A program made the position numbers and the translations under genes. From Octopus vulgaris (lineage: Eukaryota), in NCBI GenBank assembly GCA_951406725.2, contig OX597833.1, forward strand, positions 6,324,001 through 6,388,000: DNA of 64,000 nucleotides. Direction: 5' to 3'. The notes under the pieces were generated by a model. That model was not told the DNA's origin. It worked only from the letters and a program-made list of their open reading frames with translations, and searched no databases. This document shows positions 1-11,688 of this stretch, piece by piece (the stretch's first letter is position 1; every line of letters starts with the position of its first letter).

Positions 1-4
1 CCAT
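1..4 (+). CDS. Last bases of an upstream ABCG exon (...C CAT, His), followed by donor GTGAGT
   Basis: Window opens CCAT|GTGAGT. Phase 0 joins H to LYMLAEGQ, matching the ABCG1 pattern FD(Q/H)|LYVL. Confidence 0.55.
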
Positions 5-625
5 GTGAGTAACAACCCTTTGCTTCTTTTTCCTCTTTTCTACCCCCTAAATATGGTGGGATGGGTTTATAGGAGGACTCTCTTGTCAGTACATTGGTGA
101 AATGGCATCATCATTTGACATCTACTTTCCATGCTGGTATGGGTCAGAGTGGTTCTCACAGTCCAAGACAATTCTTGCTCTGAGTTGCTGCTTCCCTAGG
201 CAGACCAAAGGATCACATCTTGTTCCTACATTTCACCTGACTGGGCAATGCGCAGCATTGCTAATCAGCTGTTGTGGCACACCACAGCTAATTGTATATT
301 GCTCCCTGTTGCTAACAGGGCACTACATCCCATTACTAATAGAATACTGCATTTTTTTGTTCACTAACTGGCCACTTTGTCTTGTTGCTAACGAGCAACT
401 GTGCTTCATTACTAACAGAGCTATTTGTTTTGTTGCTAACTGGCCCTTCTTATCCTCCCTTTGTCTATCTGTATATGTAGCCCCACATCCAAATAGGGTT
501 TGCTTAAATAGAAAGATTTGTTTAAGAGGGGTTGAAAATGGTCAAACATTGAAGCCACAAAGAAATGTAATCTTTTATAAACACCATCTATTTTAGTTGA
601 ACTATTTGTCTGTTTGTCTTTTCAG

Positions 626-740
626 TTATACATGCTGGCTGAAGGTCAGTGTATCTACCGTGGATGTGTTTCCAATTTACTGCCATATTTCGAAAAACAA
701 GGAGTTGTCTGTCCACCATACCACAACCCTGCAGATTTTG
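626..740 (+). CDS. ABCG1: ABCG1/ABCG4-like transporter exon, end of NBD ([38 protein letters not shown])
   Basis: TTTTCAG acceptor, GTAAAT donor, ABCG-specific CPxxHNPADF motif; 115 nt ending in phase 1, which fits the next exon. Confidence 0.93.
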
Positions 741-959
741 GTAAATTTAACAGCTTTTCTTCTCGTCTCCTCACCATGTGACCCTCTCACTCTTTCTCAC
801 ATGCTTGCATAAACACACACACAGATACATGCTCACACATACACACCCAATAAGTTATGAACCACACACATATATGTGTACATACACACCCAAGTGAATT
901 GTGAACCCCACACACATACATGCATATACATACACACCCATGTAAGTTGTAGACTGCTT

Positions 960-1283
960 TCTTCTCCACTGGAGTTCATATAAGATTTTTGGGGTCCATG
1001 CAAAGCACATTAGTAAATTAAGGATTTACAGCAGTAAATTAAGGATCCATTGAAAAAAATTTAGTCGCAAAATGTATTTATTTGAAGAAACAGCTAAATT
1101 CCATTTTCTAACATTTTACATAAATTAATCTAAACAAGTGAATGTTTGAATAACAAAATAGGAATTTTCAAAGAAATTTCTATAAAACTAGTTTTAAACA
1201 TTGAACAGCTATGGGGGTCCACCAGAATAAACAAAATTGTAATCAAAGGGGTCAGTAGACAAAAAAATGGTTGAGAACCATGG
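960..1283. mobile_element. hAT-like MITE related to the 48472 element, opposite orientation
   Basis: Shares GGTGGACCCCCATAGC and following sequence; ends TGGTTGAGAACCATG. Left boundary uncertain. Confidence 0.55.
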
Positions 1284-1473
1284 GTCTACTCATTTATTCA
1301 TTCATACATGCATAACAATTACTTTCCTTTTTTGGTTTCCTGATGAAGGACAACTGTCTGAAACGTCAGGTCACTCTCTTTCTCCATTGAAACGTTAAAC
1401 TACCACCATATCAAACTTTATTGTTCTTGTGTTGTTATTTTAACACTGTGTTTGTGTTATTTCTTGGTTACAG

Positions 1474-1829
1474 CTATTGAAGTTGCCGTTGGAGAATATG
1501 GTATTGAGAAAGTGAACCAGTTGATTCTGGCTGTGAAGAATGGTCGCTGTGTCCGACCTCTTCCTTCTCCGGAGATTGTCATCAACGACCAGGAAAAAGC
1601 AGCGTTGATGCGGTGCGAGAAAGAAGCTATGATGGTTAATGGTACACAGACGGTGCACCACAACCAGCATGAGTATGACTGGAACCCGGAATTGGAGGAG
1701 AAGAAGAAATTAATGGAACCGGCGGCTTTGTCGAACCTATGTAATGGTTACACCAATAATCACATACCTGTGCAGGTGGACCACATTAAACCTCACATAA
1801 ACACTCCGACTATTGTCACCAAAGCAGAT
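1474..1829 (+). CDS. ABCG1: ABCG1/4-like exon, NBD-TMD linker (AIEVAVGEYG...IVTKAD)
   Basis: TTACAG acceptor, GTAAGT donor; EVAxGEYG matches ABCG1 EVASGEYG; lies within ORF 1452-1892. Confidence 0.88.
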
Positions 1830-2113
1830 GTAAGTATATGCCTTTATTGTTGCTGCTGTTGTTGTTGTTGGATGCTTGACTGGTGTTTTTAGTAGTGTTA
1901 GTCATGGTTGTACTCCTGTTCTTGTTAATGGTGGTGGTGGTGTAGTGAAAGAATTTCAGGGTAGGATCAGTTTTCTTAGTTGTAAGTAAGGTACCACAAA
2001 GTTGGATCTGTTCACTTAGTCAGAAGTGAAATACTATAAGAACAGTCCACTCAGCTGTTAATAGGTCCCTGTGTATAGGGATAGTAAGCCTAGCTACAAA
2101 TAAATCCTGCAAT

Positions 2114-2330
2114 AAGGCGGCAAGCTGGCAGAAATGTTAGCACGCTGGGTGAGATGCTTAGCGGTATCTAGTCTGTCTTTATGTTCTGAGTTCAAATTCC
2201 GCCGAGGTCGACTTTGCCTTTCATCCTTTCGGGGTCGATAAATTAAGTACCAGTTGTGTACTGGGATCGATCTAATCGACTGACCCCCTCCCCAAAAACT
2301 TGAGGCCTTGTGCCTAGAGTAAAAAAGAAA
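2114..2330 (+). mobile_element. SINE family A (head GGCGGCGAGCTGGCAGAA, central GCCTTTCATCCTTTCGGGGTCGATAAA domain); many further copies across the window
   Basis: B-box GAGTTCAAATTCC; 16-bp TSD AAATAAATCCTGCAAT. Other copies near 5648, 16112, 18885, 20266, 28737, 43082, 45442, 49437, 51282 and 55653. Confidence 0.9.
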
Positions 2331-2801
2331 TAAATCCTGCAATGTGAGAACAGTCCACCTACTTGTGAAAGGTACCATTGGGTAGGAACAATCCATTTAG
2401 CTTCATATGTGATGCTACAGGAACAGTCTACCTACCTGTAAACGAGGTACCACAGTATTGGAACAGCTGGCCACATGTAAATAGTTGGAGCACTGTAAAA
2501 TTAATGAATGTTCCATAAATTTGCTTTGTTGGGTGTAACTCATCTTTCTACTCATGTGAGTGTGGCTCAGGGATGGAGGCCAATTTCACATCTTGGTTAT
2601 TAATTAATTAATTGATTAATTAAGCAGGCTTAGTCACCCACTAATGGATTCTCTGAATTAGAAAGACCTGATTGTTTGACAACTGTTGTTAGGTGTCCGT
2701 TATAAATCTACCCCTTTCTCTTTTTCATATGTTATCTCTTCCCCCCCTCCCTGCTATATAATCTGTCTGTGTGTCACCATTCCAATGTTTCAATATTCCA
2801 G

Positions 2802-2897
2802 GAGAACGACTATGAATTCCACACATTTGCCACAAGTTGTTTCACTCAGTTCAGAATTCTCTTCATTCGAACCTTCATCACAATTCTTCGAGATACG
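2802..2897 (+). CDS. ABCG1: ABCG1/4-like exon (ENDYEFHTFATSCFTQFRILFIRTFITILRDT)
   Basis: TTCCAG/GTAAGA boundaries, 96 nt, resembles the ABCG1 connecting helix [20 protein letters not shown]. Confidence 0.93.
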
Positions 2898-4039
2898 GTA
2901 AGATTATCTAATTTTATTTCCACAGTTTTCATGAGGAGATGACGTGGTGGGGTGGGGTTGGGTGTGTCTTTCAGTTTCTGCCTACCAAATCCACTCACAA
3001 GACTTTGGTCAGCTCAAGGCTATAGTAGAAGACACTTGCCCAAGGTGCCACGCAGTGGGACTGAACCCGGAACCATGTGGTTGGTAAACAAGCTACTTAC
3101 CACACAGATGGTCTTCTTTCAGTTTCCGTCTACCATATCCACTCACAAGGCTTTGGTCAGCCCAAGGCTATAGTAGAAGACACTTGCCCAAGGTTCCACG
3201 CAGTGGGACTGAACCCGGAACCATGTGGTTGGGAAGCAAGCTACTTACCACACAGCCACTCCGATGATACATTTGTTATGTTTCTTTTTAACATCTTCCA
3301 AAGAAATCTCGTGTTTTTGATCCGAAATACTTTCATGTTTGAGGAAGATATATAAAATTATTTTACTAAATCTGTGATCCCAGGAAATATTATAAAAGGG
3401 TCTGTTGAAAGCACCAGCTGGGTATTCTACCTGAATCCTATTCCAAGAAACAAAATAATTATTCAAATGGTGTAGTGTTCAGCAATATGATTGAAGGATT
3501 AACAATTCTGTTGGCATTCCAGAAATCCCATATTCTATCACACTGTGTGGCACCTTGGTCATGGGGCTTGTAATGAATGCTGGCAAGATTCCCCCCATGT
3601 CTTGTGATTGCAAAGCAAACTCGTTAACCACACTTCATTACATGCACCTGTGTGTGTTTGTGTTAAAATATTGTCCCAGAACGTGGCCGATGCCAGCGCC
3701 GCCTCGACTGGCTTCTGTGCCGGTGGCACATAAAAAGCACCATCCGAACATGGGCGATGCCAGCGCCGCCTTGGCTGACTTCCGTGTCAGTGGCACGTTA
3801 AAAGCACCAACCGATCGCGGCCGACGCCAGACTCCCCTGGCACCTGTGCAGGTGGCACGTAAAAAACACCCACTACACTCATGGAGTGGTTAGCGTTAGG
3901 AAGGGCATCCAGCTGTAGAAACACTGCCAGATCAGACTGGAGCCTGGTGCAGCCCCTGGCTTTCCAGACCCCGGTTGAACCGTCCAACCCATGCTAGTGC
4001 GGAAAATGGACGTTAAACAATGATGATGATGATGATGAA

Positions 4040-4137
4040 ACATCTCCCCTATGTCTAATCATTATCCCAGTAATTAAACATGTCCCCTGTGTCTAATCAT
4101 TATCCCAGTAATTAAACACCTCCCCTATGTCTAATCC
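4040..4137. repeat. About 39-bp tandem repeat, 2.5 copies
   Basis: TCCCCTRTGTCTAATCATTATCCCAGTAATTAAACA repeated. Confidence 0.8.
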
Positions 4138-4179
4138 ATGTCTTTCTCATTCTCTCCTTGTTTCTCTTTCTCTCTCCAG

Positions 4180-4348
4180 ACACTGACCAGACTACGATTA
4201 CTCGCCCATGTATCTGTTGGCGTCCTCATTGGATTACTTTATTTGGGAATCGGTAATGAAGCTAGCAAAGTCTTCAACAACACAGGTTGTCTCTTCTTCT
4301 GTATGCTCTTCCTCATGTTTACAGCCCTCATGCCAACCATTTTGACAT
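4180..4348 (+). CDS. ABCG1: ABCG1/4-like exon, TM1-TM2 ([14 protein letters not shown]...ALMPTILT)
   Basis: Long pyrimidine tract plus CAG, GTAAGT donor, hydrophobic ABC2 membrane segment. Confidence 0.95.
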
Positions 4349-5381
4349 GTAAGTATTCTTAAGATTTACTAATTGTTGACTCTCGCACATGCACACACAA
4401 ACACACACACACAGAGATTTCCATGCAGTTTTTAATCTCTTAATTTCCCCTCACAAAGTATTACTTCACTGAAAGCTACAGAATGGCATGCTGTGTGATA
4501 GAACTCAAGACCATGTGGTTACTAAATGAATTTTATATCCTTGGATCGTAGGGTGACTTGCTGTGCTTGAGGAGACCTATTGAGTCAAGTACATCAAAAA
4601 ATCAAATGGAAATTGTAGTTGTGATATCTGTGTTGGTGGCATGTAAAAAGCACCATCCAAACGTGGCCGATGCCAGCTCTGCCTTAACTGGCTTTCTTGC
4701 CGGTGGCACGTACAAAGCCCCCACTACACTCACGAAGTGGTTGGCGTTAGGAAGGACATCCAGCTGTAGAAACACTGCCAGATCAGACTGGAGCCTGGTG
4801 CAGCCACCTGGCTTCCCAGACCCTGGGCAAACCGTCCAACCGATGCTAGCATGGAAAGCGGACGTCAAACAATGATGATGATAATGATGACAGTCACACT
4901 AGAGTCTAGATTGTGTGTGTGTGTGTGTGTGTACATCCTACTGGTCATAGAACAAGATTCGTTCTTGTGGTGTCACAAGATCTGCAAATCTTGAGGTGGT
5001 CTGAAGAAACATTTCAAGAGTCATTAAGATTAAACACCAGAGATGGTTCAGGCGGCACCAAAACTCCTGTGCAATTTATGTGGATGTCTTTTTAAAAGAA
5101 TGTCTAGGCTTAAAAATGCCACATAAGATCTGTTGTGGTGAGGGTCATTGACAGCCTCGTTGGATTGGAAGAATGGACTAGGCAAACTCTTATGAAAAGT
5201 AGCATATTGTTTGAGAGGAGAGAAGTCATAGGAAGTCATTGAGAGCCTTGTGAGTGGATTTGGTAGATGGAAACTGAAAGAAGCCCATTGTGTGTGTATA
5301 TATGTATCTATGTATAATTATATAGTTGTTGTCTAATGTCTGTCAAACTTTGTCTGCATCTTGTCCCTCTCTTTGTTCCAG

Positions 5382-5482
5382 TTCCCATGGAATTGTCAGT
5401 ATTTGTACGTGAACATTTGAATTACTGGTACAGCCTGAAAGCTTACTACCTTGCAAAAACAATGGCTGACATGCCTTTCCAG
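5382..5482 (+). CDS. ABCG1: ABCG1/4-like exon ([34 protein letters not shown])
   Basis: Near-identical to the ABCG1/G4 motif [21 protein letters not shown]; AG/GT boundaries, phases consistent. Confidence 0.96.
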
Positions 5483-5537
5483 GTAATTACCTCATTCTCA
5501 CCATTCTTAACCTTTCTGCAATTACACCACTACAACC

Positions 5538-5568
<31 letters not shown>

Positions 5569-5899
5569 CCATCTGCTATCATCATCCTCTCTTCAGTATC
5601 ATCATCATCATTAACACCATCATTAACAATATTGATATCATTATTTAAAGGCAGTGAGCTGGCAGAATCGTTAGCACACTGAGCGAAATGCTTAGCAGTA
5701 TTTCGCCTGTCTTTACGTTCTGAGTTCAAATTCCGCCAAGGTCGGCTTTGCCTTTCATCCTTACTGGGTTGATGAATTAAGTACCAGTTGCGTACTGGGG
5801 TCAATGCAATCGACTGGAATCCTCCTCTAAAATTTCAGGCCTTGTGCCTAGAGTAGAAAAGAATATTGATATCATTAGTAGCAGCATCACAATAGTCAT

Positions 5900-6295
5900 C
5901 CTTACATCTCTATCATTACTATGCTCCTTACATCTCTATCATTACTATGCTCCTTACATCTCTATCATTACTATGCTCCTTACATCTCTATCATTACTAT
6001 GCTCCTTACATCTCTATCATTACTACGCTCCTTACATCTCTATCATTACTATGCTCCTTACATCTCTATCATTACTATGCTCCTTACATCTCTATCATTA
6101 CTACGCTCCTTACATCTCTATCATTACTACGCTCCTTACATCTCTATCATTACTACGCTCCTTACATCTCTATCATTACTACGCTCCTTACATCTCTATC
6201 ATTACTATGCTCCTTACATCTCTATCATTACTACGCTCCTTACATCTCTATCATTACTATGCTCCTTACATCTCTATCATTACTATGCTCCTTAC
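5900..6295. repeat. 26-bp minisatellite CCTTACATCTCTATCATTACTAYGCT, about 15 copies
   Basis: Direct reading; units differ only at one T/C position. Confidence 0.95.
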
Positions 6296-6389
6296 TCTCA
6301 CCATCTTACATTTAATAACATGACTTTTTCCTTTCGTAGAATCTATGATTTTAGCTTATTTCTGTCTTATTGACTTAGGTTGTCTTAAC

Positions 6390-6885
6390 TTGTCTTCATC
6401 ATCATTGTTCGACCGTGGTCGAGACAATGGAATTTACCATGCTACGCCAGACTTCACGGTCCATCATGGCATTACGGAGGTCCTGTTGCTGGATGCCTGT
6501 ATCCCTGGAGATTACATCAGGGTAGGAGAGTGTGCACCCTCTGGTATTGCGAGTAAATGGTTTCCAGAGGAGAAGAGGAGAAATTACCTCTTTTTCAGCT
6601 CTACAACAATGTCCAGCAAACTGGACTCTCCTACCTTTCACAAGAGATGACACAGGTGGTAGTTTCCCATATATTTGCATTTTGGTTGGATGGCGCTTCC
6701 ACGAGAGATTTTGAGCTCTCATAAGGAGGCGAGTGTGGGTTCCATCCAACCACCTCTCAAGCTTCTTTGATAACGTCCAGGTTTCTGAGCCATATAGTAG
6801 AATTGGTTCGACTGTGGCTTTGAATATTTCAAGTTTGAAGTCTCTACTTAGATTTGATGACCAGATCTTATTCATGTCATTACAA
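6390..6885 (-). mobile_element. 5'-truncated RTE-clade LINE, 3' end of the RT ORF
   Basis: ORF 6402-6875 with LLYGSETW, RRVQFAGHCCR and DREVWR motifs typical of the RTE C-terminus; short (TGA)n tail. Confidence 0.88.
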
Positions 6886-7086
6886 GGTGTCTTAATGTCT
6901 CATCATACCAACCTCTGCATCACACCCTCTCTCATATCGTCTTGCCTGTCTGTTGATGTGTTCCTCACATGTCCAAAATCATTATATCCTTAAACAAGAC
7001 ACTCTATTACACCACATATATCAACCATGAAATATAACACCTCTCACTGTTTCTTTTCCTCTCCCTATCACCCTTTACTCCCACAG

Positions 7087-7242
7087 GTGATCCTGCCCCT
7101 TGTGTATGGCAGTATCGTGTACTGGATGACCTCACAGCCATGTGACTTTGTCCGCTTCTTCATGTTCATGACGTTAGCAACCCAGACATCTTTGGTGGCC
7201 CAATCCATGGGACTCTTAATTGGAGCAGCAACATCACTACAG
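7087..7242 (+). CDS. ABCG1: ABCG1/4-like exon ([18 protein letters not shown]...[11 protein letters not shown])
   Basis: CCACAG/GTAATA, 156 nt, [10 protein letters not shown] and AQSxGLLIGAA motifs. Confidence 0.95.
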
Positions 7243-7288
7243 GTAATATTATTTTATGTCACTCCACCTATCTCTCTTCCCCCTCTTT

Positions 7289-7320
<32 letters not shown>

Positions 7321-7622
7321 GTGGATGCGCAATGGCCCAGTGGTTAGGGTAGTGGACTCGCAGTCGTAGGATTGTGGTTTCGATTCCCAGACCGGGCGTT
7401 GTGAGTGTTTATTGAGCGAAAACACCTAAAGCTCCACGAGGCTCTGGCAGGGGATGGTGGTGATCCCTGCTGTACTCTTTCGCCACAACTTTCTCTCACT
7501 TTTTCTTCTGTTGGCCTGCTCGCTTAGCCAGCGGGGTGGCATCATTTGAAGGCTAAAACAATGCAAAGCGCATTGTGACCAGCGATGTGTAGCAACATCT
7601 GATAGCCTGGTCGGTCACGGTG
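7321..7622 (+). mobile_element. SINE family D (tRNA-like head GGCGCAATGGCCCAGTGGTTAGGG), tail type 1
   Basis: A-box, CTCGCAG anticodon-loop region, B-box GGTTTCGATTCC. Confidence 0.85.
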
Positions 7623-7635
7623 ATATATATATATA

Positions 7636-8290
7636 CAGTAATCCCTCGACTATCATGGTTATTATGTTCCAAAACCTCCACGATAGGTGAAAATCTGTGC
7701 GGTAGAAACAGTACTGTACTAGTAGAAAGATATTTTTTTTTAACGCATAAAATACTGATATAAACAGTATATATATGGGATAATAACCCTTACAGAGCAG
7801 AAAAATCTATCAGCAACCAGCCATGAGAATTGAACTCACGTCCCTTTGATTTCCAGTCAAGTGCTCTACCATTAAGGTAAACTGCTTTACTGACAAATTC
7901 TTCTGAAATTTAGAACTTAGCCATCCAGCGACGATAGACGTAATATATATTACATCATATGTAAACAAACTTAAGTTTGCTTTTGAAGCGCTGAAATGTA
8001 TTGTAGTACAAGAAGAGATATTTTTCAACGCATAAAATACCCATATAACAGTATATATGGGGCTGTATATTTTTTAAAAATTATTTTTATAATTTACTCT
8101 TTTACTTGTTTCAGTCATTTGACTGTGGCCATGCTGGAGCACCGCCTTTAGTTGAGCAAATCAACTCCCAGGACTTATTCTTTGGAAGCCTAGTACTTAT
8201 TCTATCGGTCTCTTTTGCCAAACCGCTAAGTTACGGGGACGTAAAAACACCAGCATCAGTTATCAAGCAATGTTGTGGGGACAAACACAT

Positions 8291-8323
<33 letters not shown>

Positions 8324-8523
8324 CGACAGGCTTCTTTCAGTTTCCATCTACCAAATCCACTCACAAGGCTTTGGTCGGCCCAAGGCTATAGTAGTAGGCA
8401 CTTGCCCAAGGTGCCACGCAGTGGAACTGAACCCGGAACCATGTGGTTTGTAAGCAAGCTACTTACCACACAGCCACTCCTACACCTGCGATAGGTGAAC
8501 CACAATATGGTGAGGGATTACTG
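7636..8523. mobile_element. pogo/Tigger-like non-autonomous DNA transposon carrying a nested SINE
   Basis: TA-CAGTAATCCCTC...GAGGGATTACTG-TA terminal inverted repeats with TA duplication. Confidence 0.75.
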
Positions 8524-9783
8524 TATGAGTCATTTACAACTGGTTGCTCTTCCTGTCTCAAACCTTTACCTGTTAACAAGTAAAACACATCTTTATCCCA
8601 CAGAGCACAGTGGTCTGTCATGTCAGTCTGAACGCCACTTGGCTCCAGCAGGGTCAGGGTTAGAAACACAGATGCACATTCATGTGTGCACATACACACA
8701 GCCTCCAGATATAGGCAAGGGGCTTTCTGCCATTTCCAGTTCTTGTTATTCCCTCACCTGGGGCTGGTCAGCTCTGTACTCTAGCAGAAGACACTTGCCC
8801 AAGGTACAACAAAATGGATCTGAACCCAGGCGTAAATACACCCAGTCAACTCACTGGGTCACAAATAAGACATTCTTTTTCCTTTTTTTTCCTGAAGAAT
8901 TCAGTGGAGAGCTGAATAGTATAGAGCCTGTGGACATTTTGACAGCACGTAAAAAGCACCAACCGATCATGGCCGTTTGCCAGCCTCGTCTGGCACCTGT
9001 GCCGGTGGCACGTAAAAAGCATCCACTATACTCACGGAGTGGTTGGCATTAGGAAGGGCATCCAGCTGTAGAAACACTGCCAGATCAGACTGGGCCTGGT
9101 GCAGCCTCCTGGCTTCCCAGACCCCAGTTGAACCATCCAACCCATGCTAGCATGGAAAACGGACGTTAAACGGTGATGATGATGTCAGAAAGTGTTACCT
9201 GTTGCTGCCCAACTACAAATGGTGATGTCACTGTTTGTAGCATCAACACACTCATCAGGCTTCTATCAGTTTCCATCGACCAAATTCCTTCACAAAGTAT
9301 TTGTCAGCCTGAGGTCATAGTAGATGTTTGTCTAAGGTGGAACTGAACCGAAAGACACAAGGTTGAGAAATGAACTTCTTCAATCAAATGGACATAACTT
9401 ATATTAAAACATGTTTTATTTTCTTTTTCTTTTTTTTTATAATTTTGTATGAGTTTCTGTTATTCTGTTCCTGGTTTTAATCTTTGAGTTGTGACCATGC
9501 TGGGGCATTGCTTGTGATTATTTCTTCAGAACAGTAAAGTTTATTCCTCCATTATCAGCGTTTCTTGACCTTCACAGGCTTGTCTTCAAGATTACTGCCT
9601 CTCCATTCATCGTAGGTGGGCCAATGTAATGGGATGTGGTGGATCAATTTGGAAGCTTCATTCTTCCAAACAAAAAAAAAAACAACACAATACGAGTGCT
9701 GCAGCATGGCCATGATCAAACGACTGAAAACCAACCTTTTATTATGAACAGACACTAACCTTAGTTCTCTATCTCTCCTCCAG

Positions 9784-9902
9784 GTGGCAGTGTTCCTTGG
9801 TCCTGTCATGACTATCCCAATTCTTCTGTTCAGTGGTTTCTTTGTCAACTTTGACACCATACCATCCTACCTCCAGTGGCTGTCTTACGTCTCATATACC
9901 AG
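9784..9902 (+). CDS. ABCG1: ABCG1/4-like exon ([40 protein letters not shown])
   Basis: [20 protein letters not shown] and IPxYLQWxSY motifs, ends in phase 2. Confidence 0.95.
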
Positions 9903-10191
9903 GTCAGTATACACACACACACACACACACAGTACAGTCGCTATTGACTCTTGTCAGCTCAATATTTCTCTCGTGACCAATTTCACATTGTAGCTGTTGA
10001 CTCATACACCAGTTGGTAGGTCCGGGGACATACATGGTGATGACATGGTAGAACTGTCTAACAGCATGTCAGCCACTCTTACACTAATTATCAGGATAGA
10101 CATCATTAAAAAATGGTAACGACATTCTAAGTCTGTTCGATGGTTGTCCACACCAGTCGATAGGACAGAGGGTGTTAACCATTTTGATACC

Positions 10192-10423
10192 TATTTCTTT
10201 ATTACCCACAAGGGGCTAAACACAGAGGGGACAAACAAGGACAGACATAGGTATTAAGTCGATTACATCGACCCCAGTGCGTAACTGGTATTTAATTTAT
10301 CGACCCCGAAAGGATGAAAGGCAAAGTCGACCTCGGCGGAATTTGAACTCACAACGTAACGACAGACGAAATACGGCTACGCATTTCGCCCGGTGTGCTA
10401 CCGATTCTGCCAGCTCGCCACCT
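10192..10423 (-). mobile_element. SINE family A, full length, inserted in a piggyBac-like MITE end
   Basis: Flanked by TTAACCATTTTGATACC at 10175-10191 and 10424-10440. Confidence 0.88.
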
Positions 10424-10599
10424 TTAACCATTTTGATACCAGTCTGCCTGGTTCTATGAGGCATCTAAAGTGATCAAAATGGAAACCTTTAATCTCAGTT
10501 TATGTTCCAAAAACCAGCTTCATTACAACAAAGATATTTGACTAAATTCTTCGTTTAATTTCAAAATTAAAACTAAAAGAAGCATCTATACTGGTGCCA

Positions 10600-11080
10600 C
10601 AAAAAGCATTTGGAGTGGTGCCGCATAAAAAGCACCCAGAGCGGCTAACCGGCTTCCGTGCCAGTGGCATATAAAAGGCACCTTTCGAGTGTGATCGTTA
10701 CCAGCGTCGCCTTACTGGCACTTGTGCCCGTGCTAGTAGGGTGCCAAGAGCACCATCTGAGTGTGATCGTTGCCGGAGGGCACCATTTGTGCGGGATCGT
10801 TACCAGCGTCGCCTTACTGGCACCTGTGCCGGTGGCATGTGTAAAAAGATTCAAACGAGGTCATTGCTAGTACCACCTGACTGGCCTCCATGCAGGTGGC
10901 ACGTAAAAAGCACCCACTACACTCTCGGAGTGGTTGGCATTAGGAAGGGCATCCAGCTGCAGAAACTCTGCCAGATCAAGACTGGAGCCTGGTGCAGCCA
11001 TCTGGTTCACCAGCCTTCGGTCAAATCGTCCAACCCATGCTAGCATGGAAAGCGGACATTAAACGACGATGATGATGATG
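10600..11080 (+). mobile_element. Repeat family C (TGGCRTTAGGAAGGGCATCCAGCTGTAGAAAC...GGACGTTAAA(TGA)n), probable RTE-related non-autonomous retroelement
   Basis: Internal GTGGCACGTAAAAAGCAC subrepeats and (GAT)n tail. Copies near 3680, 4555, 8945, 15915, 17477, 19960, 23550, 29668, 32498, 37420, 44200, 47635, 59780 and 63566. Confidence 0.8.
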
Positions 11081-11462
11081 GTGTCAAATAAAAAAAAACA
11101 CCTGTGCTGGTACCATGTAAAAAGCGCCCAGTGCACACTTGAGTGATTGGTGTTAGGAAGGGCATCCAGCTGTAGAAACCATGCCAAAACAGACAATTTG
11201 GTGCTTGGTGCAGAGTTCTCCAGCCATGCCAGCTCCTGTCAAACTGTTCAACCCATGCCTGCTGGAAAATGGACGTTAAATGATGATGAAGGGTCGTGAT
11301 GCAAAGCACTGTACTTCAAAAAATAGGGTAACGTAAAGGTTGAAAACTTAGGTGACATTAAAGACATTAAGCGGCAATTTGTACGACAGACATTAAAAAG
11401 ATGACGACGATGATGATGATATTTGTTGTGAGATATTTCAAAGATTCTTTTGTGTTTTCCAG

Positions 11463-11688
11463 GTATTCTTTCGAAGGAGTCTTACAAGCCATCTATGGAT
11501 TCGACCGTGGAGCGCTAGACTGTGAAAACAAAGCTTGTCTTTTCCAGAAGGCCACTGATGTTCTGGAGGAAATGGATGTCCAACATGCAAAATTTTACAT
11601 TGATTTCATCGTTCTCTGCATCTTTTTTGTCATAATTCGTATTGGCTGTTATTTTGTGCTGCGTTGGAGGGTCAAGGCCCAACGATAA
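11463..11688 (+). CDS. ABCG1: ABCG1/4-like terminal coding exon (YSFEGVLQAIYG...VLRWRVKAQR stop)
   Basis: TTCCAG acceptor in phase 2, extracellular Cys pair, final TM helix, TAA at 11686-11688. Confidence 0.95.

Noticed and set aside
102-596. 164-aa ORF at the window start
   Set aside because: Lies within an ABCG intron and overlaps the degenerate 24-bp repeat; no domain recognised.
5844-6373. Three overlapping 120-160 aa ORFs with repeating peptides; also a superficially CRISPR-like array
   Set aside because: All come from a stop-free 26-bp intronic minisatellite. There are no unique spacers and the context is eukaryotic.
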